From: Vicugna vicugna
Lineage: Eukaryota
Direction of reading: 5' to 3'
Assembly: GCA_013265495.1 (NCBI GenBank)
Contig: MU060666.1
Location: forward strand, 940,128 to 1,004,127
Length of the DNA: 64,000 bases
Position 1 is the first letter of the stretch. Every line of letters starts with the position of its first letter. The translations under genes were made by a program, and so were the position numbers. This document shows, piece after piece, positions 34,641-46,713 of this stretch. The notes below the pieces were generated by a model. It saw only the letters and a list, made by a program, of their open reading frames with translations, had not been told where the DNA came from and made no database searches.

Positions 34641-36539
34641 GTGAGTGCAGCGGCGGCCCGCGAGGTGGGACGGGCGCCCCCGCCTTTCCGGGCAGGTTGG
34701 GGCGGCAGAGAGCAGCAGCTGTTTGCCCGGCGCGCGGGGCGGTAGGAAGGGGCAGTGCTCCCGCTGTGCTTCCTGCACACCCGGCGGCGCTGCCCCCTCC
34801 CCAATTTATCCCCCCACACCCCTCCCCGCCAGCGCAGCAGACAGGTGACACCCCCACCAGCCTTTGCGCTGGAGTGACTTCAGAAGTGACTCGGGTCGCT
34901 GAAGCCTGGCAGATTTAAAGGATCGAGCTGCGAGGAGGGCGTCTGTCCCTCCTCTGGGCAGTGGTGAGAGCAAATCTGCTTGTCGTGGGATTAGCTTGGG
35001 CAGATGGTCAGGGCCCGGTGCTGAGATGCTACCGGTGGCAGAGCAGGGGGCCCACCTGTCGCCCAAGTGAACCAGAATGAAACCAGGCTGACCAGCCGAA
35101 ATGATGGAGGTCAGGGGTTCATGATCAGAGCTGCTGGCTCAGGGCACCCCCTGCTTTTCAGGAAGGACTCAACCACCATGCGTGTCCTGTTGTTTTCTCC
35201 CACCTCTTTGTACCCTGTTGTCGCAGTCCAACCGCCCCCACATTTGGCAGGCAGTGAGCCATTTTAGTAGCTAGGGTTTTCTGTATTCACAGAAGGTGGG
35301 AGTGACAGGGTGTGACAGGAAAGCAAACCAGCCAGAAGCCTTGCAGGAAGGACTCCTGAGGCAGACTGGGAAGTAAATACTACAGATGTTCCCTTGGGAC
35401 CATGTCCCTCCCTCTACCACACCACACCCTACTCCCTCCACCCCCACCTTCCCTTAGGCACCTTTTTGTCTCTGAAGGGATCTGTTAACATACCCAACAG
35501 AAAGACAGATGGCTCTGAGGGTGGTGAGCAGGCCTTCTGAGCGAAATGTCAGAAGGTCCAGCTGGAATTCATTGTGCAGAAGTTGTTGGTGAATTGGAGG
35601 CTGCTTTCTTGGAAGATGTTGCCTCCATCCCTTCACTCCTGCAAAACAAAGAAATCTCAGGATCCCAGAATTCTGGGACTTAAACTCTAACCTCCCTTTC
35701 GAGAGTCCTCTGACCCAGTGACTCTGGACAGGTTACCCGATCACCTCCCAGACAGGAAGTGGCATGTGAGAAGTTAGGACCACATCCCAGCAGGGGTGGA
35801 AAGGAGGTGGGTCCGACCAAGGGTGTTCATCTCGTGTCATCTTTAGCTGGGAACTCATGGGTGACTGGGTCTCCATTCCAAGGGGAGTTTGCAAACAAAA
35901 CCCCTACCCCATCCATTCCCTGCAGTAGAGTCTTCTGTTAGCTGCCAGGAGGCTCAATTATGTCTATGTGGAAATTACTGCTTAGTCATTTCTCTGAAGG
36001 AAAGTGTATCCAATACGAGTTAATATCCCATTCATTGAGCTCAACCTGCAGGCTGAGCCTGACTTAACTGGCTACTTACACAGTGACCTGTGAGCCGAGA
36101 AATATCTTTGAAGACTGGATTTACATTACAAATTTCATCATGGTAACCGACATCCCCTTCTCCCCCACTCCAAACACCCACACATCCTCCACTTAGTTTC
36201 TACTATTGACAGTTCACAGTGCTTGCTCTATCACATACCTGTCTACCTGTTAAGACCTTACTTTCAAGCTTAAGTCATGGATGATATTTGGCTTCTTTGG
36301 AGCTGCAGTTCTGTCTTAGCTTAGGGAGTTGGCTATGTGGTACCTGTAGGTGGTGATGATTTTCTGTGACTCTGAATGAACACCTACTATGTGCAGAGCA
36401 CTGGGAAGTACAGAGGGAATGGAGAGGCTGAAGACTCAGATAGACCAAGAAGGGATTTGACTTTTTTGTTTTTAAGAGACAGAAGCTAAGTGGCAGTTTG
36501 TGATGGCAAATGCCATGTAATAAAATGACTTCAGTGACA

Positions 36540-36690
36540 TGCACGGGGTCTTCCTGGGCACTGAGCACTTTATTATAACTCTGTACCTGTATTATCTCAT
36601 TCATTTCTCACAACTACATAAGTCGTTCGGTATTCCTTTCTGTCTTATACAGATTAGGAAATCGAGGCACAGCGAGGTTAGCCCTTAGGC
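36540..36690 (-). mobile_element. MIR fragment
   Basis: tattatctcattcatttctcacaac...atacagattaggaaatcgaggcacagcgaggtta. Confidence 0.65.
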
Positions 36691-38221
36691 TTTGGGTGGT
36701 GCAGTGCTAGGAAGTGGTGGAGTCAGGAATCAGGTTGCCATGGTCTGGCGCAGTACAGACGCTGCAGGGGGAGAGCGGAACCTCAGGCCTGACCAAGGAG
36801 GAGTGGAGGGGCATCTGGGGATTGCCACAGCTCTCCCAGGGGTCCCAGCTCAGGCACCTGAACTCAGGTGTCAATTTTCAAATGGCTTTAGAAGGCTAAT
36901 GTCCTAAGTCCCCATGTGTTTGTCCTGGTGGTGGTGCCCTGGGTGGAGAGGTCAAGCTTCTCCAATCCTGGTGAGGCTCCCCCCCTTTCCCCCCAACCTG
37001 TCCTCTTTGTGCACTTCCTGTCCTGCGTGTTTCCCAAAGCTTGTCACTTCGTTCACTTCCCTGCTTCCTGTTCCTCGTGCTTAAGTCACTTCCTCTCCCA
37101 CCCGCACTCCTTCTTGGGGTTTGTCAGACACACTTTGTTCTAAAAGAACCTAGTTGCTTGTAGCAGATGCTCCTCTTTTCAGATGAGTTCCATCCGTGTT
37201 GTCATCCATGTTGTCACGCTTTCTGAAGTGTCCTTGTGCCCCAGCGGGTCTCAGGAGCAGAACAGCCTGGCCCCAGCCTCGAGGCATCCAGACTGTCTGT
37301 CTCCTGGTGGCTCTGGCTTCCAAAGCAGACTGGCCGTGTCCTCCCCTTGGGGCAGTGATCAGTCTTGGATGCAGGAACTGCCCTGTCAGACTGAGCTACT
37401 CGCTGTGATCCCCCCTCCCTCCCCTCACCCCCCCAACCCCCTGCCCTCATCCAGCTGCTCTGTTTTACTGCTGTGGTCTGGCCACTTGTTCCCCCTCCCT
37501 CCACCACCAGAGCCCCAGGAGGTATGCCCCAGGGAGCAGCTGCACCATCAGCCCCCCCCAGGGGGGGCATTGATAGAGCCCCCCTCCCCCCCAAAGCAGA
37601 AAGGAAGAGGGAAAAGGGAACCTGAGAGGAGAATGGCAGAGAAAGAGGGGTGGGGGAAGAGAGGCAGGTGGTCAAACAAGGAGGGTGAAGACAGACCCCT
37701 CACATCCCCGCCACGCGCACCGCCTTGGCTCTCCCGCAGGACCAGCCCACCAAACCCATAGAGGGAGGTCACATGGGACCAGCATGAGGGGGGTCCCTGG
37801 CAGCAGGATGTGCGTGTTGGGGATTCAACCAAATCCATAACTTTCCATTGATTCTTTTGGCAAGAAAGAGCTGAACAAAATATGACCGAATCACAACATT
37901 CATTAAATTGGGGACAGTGGATTTTAGGATATTACGTCTTTTTCTCTGTACTTTTTTGTATGTTTGAAGAAATCCCCATAATTGAGGGAAGGGAAAGCGA
38001 AGAACAGGAAAAGGCTGAGAATGGGGAGCTGGGCTCTGTCCCTGCTTTGCTGGGGCCACTCAGCCTGTCGTCTGGACAGAGTTTTGCCTCTTGCAGCAGG
38101 AGACAGTCAAGGCCGGGGTTCTCAGGCCCTGCCTGGCCTGGGTGTCCCTGGGGCTGGGAGCCTAGACCAGGCCCGCTGACCCTCGCCCTCCTGCTGCTGT
38201 CTTCCCGCAGCCCCCGCGGCC

Positions 38222-38446
38222 ATGCCCAGCTCGGTGCTGTGGGCGGTGGACCTGTTCGGGAGGGTGTTCACGCTCTCCACGGCCGGGCAGTCCTGGGAGC
38301 TGTGCAGGGACGCCCAGCTGGAGTTCAAGCGGGTCAGCGCAGCCACCCAGTGCTGTTGGGGCATTGCCTGCGACAACCAGGTCTACGTGTACGTGTGCGC
38401 CAGCGACGTCCCCATCCGCCGCCGGGAGGAGGCCTATGAGAATCAG
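38222..38446 (+). CDS. TECPR1: TECPR1 coding exon 1 of 24
   Basis: Acceptor cttcccgcag ends 38210; ATG 38222; MPSSVLWAVDLFGRVFTLSTAGQSWELC...RRREEAYENQ; donor gtgggg. Confidence 0.97.
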
Positions 38447-38765
38447 GTGGGGTCACGAGCCAGCGAGCATCTGGGTTTGCTGGGACACCGCGCCCCTGCA
38501 TCCCCAGCTCCCAGCCCATACCCGCGTTCGTTTCTTCCATTCCTTGGAAGATTCAAGTGGTGTAGCACCCAGGATTGCTGGGGCCCAAGCCCCTGTTGTG
38601 TCCTCATCCAGGCAGCTGGCCAGGTCTGCACGGGATGGGCTCCAGGCAGGTTCCAGGGGCCCAGGTCGGCTGTGCCCTCTGCTGCTCGGGGCACTGTGGC
38701 TGGTGGCAGGTCCTCTGCCCTTCTGATGCTCTGGGCCTAAGGCTGGTCTCTGCCCCGACCACCAG

Positions 38766-38948
38766 CGCTGGAACCCTGTGGGTGGCTTCTGTGAGACGCT
38801 CCTGCCGAGTGACCGCTGGCCGTGGAGCGACGTGAGTGGGCTCCAGCACCGGGCGCTGGACGGGGTGGCGCTGCCCTCGCCGCATTGGGAGTGGGAGTCG
38901 GACTGGTACGTGGATGAGAATTTTGGAGGGGAGCCCACCGAGAAAGGG
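38766..38948 (+). CDS. TECPR1: TECPR1 coding exon 2 (N-terminal DysF)
   Basis: RWNPVGGFCETLLPSDRWPWSDVSG...WEWESDWYVDENFGGEPTEKG; ag/gt boundaries, 183 nt. Confidence 0.97.
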
Positions 38949-39183
38949 GTAGGTGAGCTCAGTTCCCGCCGTGGCTCCCTCGCGGGGAGGGGGCGCTTTT
39001 GGCTCAGCCAGTCCCCCCAGGGCTGTCCCCAGCACCCTGCACTCCCTGCTTGGGATCTGTGCGGGTGATGCTTCGGGCCATGCTGTTCCCTGCTCCCCTT
39101 CCGTCCTGCTCCCCGCTCCCCTGGCTCTTTCACTTCTTCCTCAACAGCCTGACACGGTCGCCCTCCCAACCTTGGTATTTCAG

Positions 39184-39306
39184 GGGTGGACATATGCCAT
39201 CGACTTCCCCGCCACCTACACGAGAGACAAGAAGTGGAATTCTTGTGTCCGGCGGCGGAGGTGGATCCGGTACAGGAGATACAAGTCCCGGGACGCCTGG
39301 GCCAAG
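39184..39306 (+). CDS. TECPR1: TECPR1 coding exon 3 (N-terminal DysF, W154)
   Basis: GWTYAIDFPATYTRDKKWNSCVRRRRWIRYRRYKSRDAWAK; 123 nt. Confidence 0.97.
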
Positions 39307-40232
39307 GTCTGGAAGCCTGTGTGGCCTGGGGCGGAGCAGGGCCAGAGGGCAGTCCCACTCTCCCCACCTGTGCCCGGCACACCAGGCCCACCCTGGGACC
39401 TGGCCTTTGACTCTTCCCCATTGGGATGGCTGCAGTCCTGCGTGTTCCTTCGTTTGGGAGATGGCCGCACAGGGAGCCGGCCCAGGCTGTGGCCCAGGAC
39501 AGCACAGAACTTGTCTTGACCTGGTCTCCGGGCCACCCTGTCCCAGGCGGAGGCTCAGTCTGTGCTGTGATGCCTCCCCTTTCCCCCGCAGGAGCCACTC
39601 TTGTATTTTTCAAGTGACCTAGAAAAACCAACTTAGGGACACAAGGTCTGGACTGGGGTCCTACGGGACCTTGAATGAGAGGAAGGCCTCAGGCCCTCAC
39701 CCGGCCTCTCTGCAGGGTCTGTGCCCAGAGGTGGGGCTGCCAGCCCAGCCTGCTGGCCTCTTGGGCTGGGAGCTGCCAGAGGGCCCGGAGATGGCCGTTG
39801 TCACGGAAGGCTAACCTGGCGGGACCGTGTTCTGTGATCAGCCCCCTTCTAGGTGGGATGGAGTCACAGCGGTCAGGCCATCACGAAGCACAGAGCTGAG
39901 CCCCTGCGTGTGCATCTGCCTTCCATGCTGGGGCAGCAGTGACCTCCTGGGGATGGCAGCCCAAGCCTGGTGGCCAACAGAGGGAGGACAGGGCAGAAGG
40001 GACCCAGGGCCAGGAGCCCTCTGTCAGGATGCTGCCTTCTCTGGGAAGTCAGCTGGGGCCAGGCTGGAGGACGGAAGGCGGCGTGCTGGGGGAGTGGGGA
40101 GCAGGCACGCTGGAGGGAAAGCGGACGGGCGGTGTGCGGCATGTCCCCAGGTCCAGCAGGAGGGGAGGACTGCTGCCTCCTGTCCCAGGTGCCCACAGAT
40201 GCTGACTGCTACTTCCTGCCACCTAATTTCAG

Positions 40233-40358
40233 ATTCCGGCTGAGGATGACCCCCAGCAACTGCCTGATCCCTTCAACGACATCTCTGTGGGGGGCTGGGA
40301 GATCATTGACGAGCCCGTGGGCCGCCTGTCTGTGTGGGCCGTGTCACTGCAGGGAAAG
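40233..40358 (+). CDS. TECPR1: TECPR1 coding exon 4
   Basis: IPAEDDPQQLPDPFNDISVGGWEIIDEPVGRLSVWAVSLQGK; acceptor aatttcag, donor gtgagg. Confidence 0.97.
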
Positions 40359-40799
40359 GTGAGGCCTGTGCCCCCTGGTGCCCTGGACCAGAGGTGAGGA
40401 GGCTGGTCTGCCAGTGTCCTCCCAGAGGTGGGGGGAGGAGGAGGGCTGCCCTCGAGACCTTCTCACCTCCTGTCCCCACAGCTGGGGATACCCTGAGCAG
40501 GCAGCCTGTACCTGGGGTCCCCAGAGTCCCCACTCCTGTGGATCCTGCTGTCCTGTGGACCTTCTGGGTCCTGCTCCTCCCAGGAGACTTTGACCTTCCA
40601 CCCATTCCTGGTCCCCGCCTGTCCCTCCTCTGAGCCCCGGAGCACTGATCAGGGCCTACCCTGAGCTCAGATACCATGAGTATTGTCTCCTGAGACAGAT
40701 TCTCAGCTCCCTGCCAGCGCCCTTGTGGTACCTCCTACACAGCAGTCTCTAGTAGTATTGTGGATGGGTGAGCAGATGGTGATTGACGGTTTGGGGGTG

Positions 40800-40890
40800 G
40801 GTAGGGGTGGATGGATAGGTGAGTGGGTGAATGGGTGTATGATGGATGATGGATGGATGGATGGATGGCTGTTTGGATGGGAGGATGGGT
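40800..40890. repeat. Imperfect (GGAT)n simple repeat
   Basis: ggatggataggtgagtgggtgaatgg...gatggatggatggatggatgg. Confidence 0.85.
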
Positions 40891-42042
40891 GGGGGGCTTG
40901 GGGGGTAGATGTTTAGAGAGGAGAGGGGATTCTTCTCTCAAGGAGTCTGTGAACTAAGCAAAGGAATACAACCCACCCCTGACAGCAGCAGTGACAGGGA
41001 TGGTCCCGTGTGCTAGCGACCCCACCCTTACTTTGGCTGTGGCTGTAGAGTATACTTGATGACTATTCAGTTCTCTTAACGCAAACTGACCAAAATTCTC
41101 CGGTTGGCTTTGGAACAGCAACCGCAGGTTTTTATCAGGCTTACCTCCTGGTCCCGCTTGGTCTGGGCTTAGATCCACGCACAGTTGTCGCCTCTGAGCC
41201 ATGTGAAGGGTGGTGGGGAGCTGGCCCGGGATAGCCAGCGCCCTGATCCAGGGGTCACCTGGTTGCAAAAAGAGGGGAGAACGGGTTGGAAAGTGGTGCC
41301 GGCTGGGAGCCACCCCTGCTCTGCATCACTCCTGACATCCATAAAAGGTGTGACTAGGATCCTGGGCTCAGGAGGAGCTGGGCAGGCAGATGGCCCCCAG
41401 GTGAGCAGGTAGCACAGGGGAGGCTGCCAGAGCGGGAAGGCTGCTGTCATCCAGGTGCTGATTGATTTACTGAATCAGGTGTTTGAAGAAGCACCCAGCA
41501 AAACATCATGTGCACAGCGGGGCAGGGGAGCTCCATAGCACATGCATTTGTGAGCAATGGTGGTGATGAGGGAGGGTTATCACCAGTCTACTCTGTTTTC
41601 TATTTTTCCCTTGGAAAATACTGTCCAAACTAAATCACTGAACATGTTTTTTTTTTATTGTAAGTGAGATCCTATCCCACCATTCACAAATGTTAAGGCA
41701 GTCTGTTTAGATAGCATAGAATTTAAGGTTTATAAATAAAATTAATATGAGTAATAAATCTCACTAACTAATAAAGAATTTTAAAAAGAAAAAAAACACA
41801 AGGTGATGGGGTTGGAGGGCTGTGGTCCCCAGCGTGAAGACAGCTCCCTGGAGGGGGTCCCCAGCCCTCCAGGACCGCACAGCAAAGTTTAGTCCCCTCC
41901 AGATGAAATGAGCCAGACAGTTTGGACAGTAAGAGCAAATGGCTCAGCCATAAATACTGTATTATGCTCCCTCTCTTCAGCTTAAGAAATGGACGTTTTA
42001 GACATTCCTGTGTAGGGACCTGTGTGGTTTTCTCACTTCACC

Positions 42043-42080
42043 AGGGGTCTCCAGCTTCCTTAGGGGTCTCCAGCTTCCTT
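42043..42080. repeat. Perfect 19-bp tandem duplication
   Basis: aggggtctccagcttcctt x2. Confidence 0.92.
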
Positions 42081-42460
42081 AGAGATGGGTGTCCTGAGAG
42101 CGTGTTGCCACTAGGGGGCGCAGGACACTCGGGCTGGGGCTGAAGTTCCCACAAGACAAGCAGAGGACAGATGAGGTCTGTTCCTCTAGGACCGCCAAAG
42201 TCCAGGTGTCGGTGTCACGATCCCATTTTTCAGCAGGAGTGGGGAGTCATCTAATCTGACTCGAGGATCCCGGCGGCAGTGGGGGCAGGGTGAGCGAGGT
42301 CAGGAGGATCCGGTCATCCTGGTTGCCGGTCCCCTGGAGACTCCACGCTTGGCCCGTACACATGCTGATGTTAATACAGCCAAGCCTGGGCAGCTGATCT
42401 GGCCACGGAGCTCTGGAATCACCCTGCCTGACCCTCCCTCGGGTCTCTCCCGCCACCCAG

Positions 42461-42635
42461 GTGTGGTACAGAGAGGACGTCAGCCACCCCAACCCCGAAG
42501 GCTCATCGTGGTCCCTGGTGGACACCCCGGGGGAGGCAGTTCAGATCAGCTGTGGGCCCCACGACCTGCTGTGGGTGACACTCTGGGAGGGACAGGCCCT
42601 GGTCCGGGAAGGAATCAACAGGAACAACCCTAAAG
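42461..42635 (+). CDS. TECPR1: TECPR1 coding exon 5 (TECPR repeats)
   Basis: VWYREDVSHPNPEGSSWSLVDTPGEAVQISCGPHDLLWVTLWEGQALVREGINRNNPK(G). Confidence 0.97.
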
Positions 42636-42744
42636 GTGGGCAGCCCTGCACCCGGTGCTGGGAGAGGTGGGGGCAGGGGGGCGCCCAGCTCCTTCCCCGA
42701 GCTCTCGGTGACGGGCCACCTGTGCTTTCTTCTGGGCCGAGCAG

Positions 42745-42845
42745 GAAGTTCTTGGTCCATCGTGGAGTCTCCCATGTCTGAAAACGGGATCATGCACGTC
42801 TCCGTGGGAGTCGGTGTGGTCTGGGCTGTCACCAAGGACCGGAAA
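42745..42845 (+). CDS. TECPR1: TECPR1 coding exon 6
   Basis: SSWSIVESPMSENGIMHVSVGVGVVWAVTKDRK; donor gtaagg. Confidence 0.96.
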
Positions 42846-44330
42846 GTAAGGCGGGGTCCCTGGGGGCTGGGTCTGAGGGCTCCATTTAATGTAGAGGGTT
42901 TGTGGGGTTTTTTGTTCTCAGGAGTGTGGTTAACCTTTAGAACAAATCCAAAATCAGCCAAGCACTGTGCGTTTGCTGTTGATGTCTTGGTGATCTCCAA
43001 AGGGTTTGGTGCCCCCGCTGCGTGTGTCCCTGTACCAAGTGCAGAACAACCAACTTTATCGCTGGATAGGCCATAACATTTCAAGTAATCAGAAAGTAGT
43101 TTTCTGAAACCCTCAGCCAGCTGAATGGGCCCCCTTGCTCCTGGCCAGAGCTCGTCATTCTTACTTTATCAGAGGCAGGTCCAGTAAAATAAGCTGACTT
43201 CACGTTGCTTCCAGGATCTCTTCCTGACCCCAAGTCAGGGGCACCCCGCAGCTTCCAGGGGGGTGGGTCACTCACTCGTCTGAGTCTGTCTCCAGTGCTG
43301 AAGTTCCCTAAGTCTCAGGCCACGTGCTGGCCTGAGAAAATACAGACAACTGTCCCCTCCATGGGTCCCTGAGCACCCCACTTCCCAGAGACCAGAACTT
43401 CTAAGCCTCTTACAAAGCAAGAGATTAAATGAGCAGAGAATGTGATGTATATGAACAATTCGCTTAGTCTTCAGACAGATATTCGTGCAAATTTTCTTTG
43501 GGTTAAGGAGACATTGTAGACATTCTAGGTATTTTTATGAAAGGGCGTTGAGTGTTTCCTCCTGCAACCGGTCACCCCCAGAATGGGTAGGGGCAGTCAT
43601 TGGGGGACGCAGCGGGGCCTGGGGCGGGGGTGGGGGGTGGCTGCCAGGTGAGCAATGGAGCCCCAGATGGGTGGGCTTGAGGGGAATTTGGTTGGATTTT
43701 AAGTATTTTTACAAGTTGATGTGAAAAAAGTTAGGTTTAAAGGGATTGTTTCCTAAAGCACTAAGAATAGATCCCAAATATGTTATTTCTTCAAATAATG
43801 AATTTAGAAAAATGGTTTTCCTCAATAATATCATTTGAGACCATTATCTGACATAGAGGCAGACTTGATTGGACAAAGCGGTCTTTTCCAAGCGTCCAGC
43901 CTGAGCTAAGGTGGGGGTTGCACCCAGGTTCATGGGGGGCGGGATGTCACCGGTCAGCCCACAGGTCAGGGTCTGGGTTTGAGATGCTGCCTGCCAGCTA
44001 GCACCCAGGAAGCTCCTGCCTCCTGCCCTCACAGTGCAGTCAAACAGCCGACACCTTGACTTCTGCAGGGGCAGTGCCCAGAGCCAGAGGATGGGCGGGA
44101 CCTACCAGGACAGGTGTGGCCGGGAGCAGGTGACCCTCAGCCCTGTGGGATGGAGCCGAGCCCAGGGGACGCCGCAGCAGGGGTGTGGGGAAGAGGGACT
44201 CGGATGGAGGATGTACTGTGCTCATTTGTGGCGTGAACCAAGGGACGAAATCATTCGTTCTTCCCCAGCCTTAAAAAGCCTTCTGTTCCAGCGGTCCTCC
44301 AGGGAGGCTTGTTTCTTCTGACTTTCCCAG

Positions 44331-44432
44331 GTTTGGTTCCGAAGAGGCGTCAACTCTTACAACCCCTGTGGCACCAGCTGGATTGAGATGGTTGGAGAAA
44401 TGATGATGGTGAACGTGGGGCTAAATGACCAG
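44331..44432 (+). CDS. TECPR1: TECPR1 coding exon 7
   Basis: VWFRRGVNSYNPCGTSWIEMVGEMMMVNVGLNDQ; 102 nt. Confidence 0.97.
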
Positions 44433-45645
44433 GTGTGTGCGTGGTTCCGAGCCCTGGCCCCTGGGGACCGGTCGGCAGCACAAGTGTCAGATCTGGGGCC
44501 CTGGCTGCTGCTTGCTGTCCCTCTCCACTGGGGATGCTCGTGATGCCGTCATGGGAGGGCTCGCAGGGGGCTGCTTCCACCTGAGTCCCGCAGCCCCCAC
44601 CTGCCCTGGTCCCTCTCCAGAGGATTCTCAGAGCAGTGGCAGTGAGCACTGAGCTGGGGGAGGGACATGCATCCTGGAGCCGGGCAAGCTTTTTAAGAAA
44701 TATTTGGGTGAAATCAAATCACCGAGTAGAGGATGAAACAGATCTTCCAACTCTGTAGCTGCAGCGTCTCTGAAGCATCCCATGTGTGGTCCCACAGCGT
44801 AGCCCCGGCTTGTAGGTGATGTGGTTTGGCTACTTTTAAGACTCAAAGTGTGAGGGTGACACCTTTCCCGTTGCACTAGAAGCTCTTCCTGGGGTGGGAG
44901 GATGGCCTTTCCTGTGCCCCCATGTCCCCCGTCACCCACCCTGGTGATGAGCCGGGCCCGCCGAGGTCAGGGGCGAGACAGGCGCTAGCTGGTGCTCACA
45001 GGACTGAGCACTCAGGCTGGACCGCCAGGACCAAGTGATGGAGACACCGCAGGCCTCCCGGCAAGGCCACCTGGGGCTGCGGCTCCGCCTTCAGGCAACC
45101 CCAAGGCTGAGGCCCCAAATGGGCTGCTCCCTGGCCCCTCCCCTGCCTGGCACACCTTCTGTCCTCAGCGCCCAAAGGCAGAGGGCAGGAGGCCCACTTG
45201 GCCAATTTTCCCATAGAATATGGGGTCAGAATCGAGGAGGTTATTTTGCATCTTTGAAAAGACCAAGACCAGGCTCTGAGTTCACTTGGGGAGCAGCTCC
45301 TGCCCACCAAAGGCCACATGGAAGAAGGGGACATAGGTGGACCTCGTGTTCCAACAGTGCCCACCCCTCCTCTGGACCCCATATCCCCAGAGTCCTGGGT
45401 CTGCCTGAGGCCGAGGAGCCAGGACGGGGCCCCTGCTTCTCCTGAGCTTGTGCTGTGGCCAGTCCTGCGCCCACCTCACGGCCCCTAACACACACGCACT
45501 CAGGGAACCCCTGCCCGCATTGGCAGCCCTGTCCTCCAGACTTGGGGTGCCCTCCCCACCGTCGTCCTCCCCCAACATCCCCAAAGGGAAGGGAGCCCCC
45601 CCAGTCTGCTCTGGCCTCCTCTTTGACAGCACCTCTCTGTTCCAG

Positions 45646-45791
45646 GTCTGGGGCATCGGCTGGGAGGACCGGGCCTTGTACTTCCGTCAGGGTGTCACCC
45701 AGAGCGAGCTCAGCGGGAAGACGTGGAAGGCCATCGTCGCCGGCCGGGAGTGTGACCGCTCGCACTCTGGCAGCTCGTCCAGCCTCCTCAG
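45646..45791 (+). CDS. TECPR1: TECPR1 coding exon 8
   Basis: VWGIGWEDRALYFRQGVTQSELSGKTWKAIVAGRECDRSHSGSSSSLL(S). Confidence 0.96.
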
Positions 45792-46713
45792 GTGATCGAG
45801 GTGGCGGGGCCCCATGGGGTCGGTCCGGGAGGGCTGCTGGCGGCCTCGGTGGACGGTGTCAGGAAGGCCTCTCAGCTGGACACTGGGCTTTGTCCCAGGC
45901 AGGAGAAAACCAGGTCCTGACCCACGAGAGCCACGGCCTCCTCCCTTCCAGTACCCAGTGTCCTTCTCGGCCCAAGGCGGGAGCGAGGCCGGGATGTCCA
46001 TCCATGTGGGAACCAGGGACGGTTCCTCAGCAGGGCTGGCCCGCTGGTCCTGAGGCCTCGAGGTCGGGGAGAGGACGAGCTTCTCCGCAGGGAGGGAGCT
46101 CAGGCCCCTGTCAAAGGAACGCTGGAAAGATGGAGGGTCTCTCTCATCTGGAGCAGGGACCTCAAACTTGGACCTGCCCCAGAATCACCTGGTGGCCTCA
46201 TTCCTATGGATTTCCACCCCCTACCCCAGAGCTTCTTTCTTGAAATTTTGCATTTCTTGCAAGGTCCTAGGTACACTGCCGCTGCAGTTCTGGGGACGAC
46301 ACCTTGAGATCCCCGGGGCTGGGGAGTGTGGATGCGTCCTGGCCCTGCCCGCTGGCTGTTAGAACACAGCAGATGACTTAGCATCTCAGCTGGGCGTGTT
46401 TTAACTCCATGATGGAGAAGGCGCCCCCAGTACCCACCTGCCCGGTCCCACGGCACAGGGGCCCTTGGCACTGCACTCCCCAGCCGGCCACACTCCTGTC
46501 CGCAGCCTGGACTCTGCTCGGCCCCTGGTCCACACCCCTCTGCTCCCCCAGCTTGGTGGTCAGCACTTGGCTGCACCGTTAGCCCAGAGATGCTGGGAGG
46601 CCAGCCAGGCAGGGTCTGCTCACACTTACCTGAGGGTTTAGGCTCTTCAGCTGGTGGTCCTCAAACAGCACATTGGAGTCAGCTGAGAACTTCACAAACC
46701 ACTGATGCCAAAA

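Larger units (their letters stand above)
34130..34900 (+). promoter_or_regulatory. TECPR1: TECPR1 CpG-island promoter
   Basis: CpG-dense. ETS motif CCGGAAGT at 34410-34417 followed by a GC box, TGACGT at 34459, CCAAT at 34477 and 34518, CGTCA at 34501, donor ctcag/gtgagt at 34641. Confidence 0.88.

Noticed and set aside
34800-37530. Possible second non-coding TECPR1 exon (candidate acceptors near 34834 and 37182)
   Set aside because: Human is recalled to have one, but no acceptor/donor pair here is convincing without transcript data.
38453-39631. 392-aa minus-strand ORF antisense to TECPR1 coding exons 2-3
   Set aside because: Low-complexity P/G/R/S-rich translation with no recognisable domain; stop-poor shadow frames are expected in DNA this GC-rich.
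45627-45645. Upstream AG 16 nt before TECPR1 coding exon 8 (and an internal AG 20 nt into coding exon 10)
   Set aside because: Use would frameshift, and nothing in the sequence suggests function.
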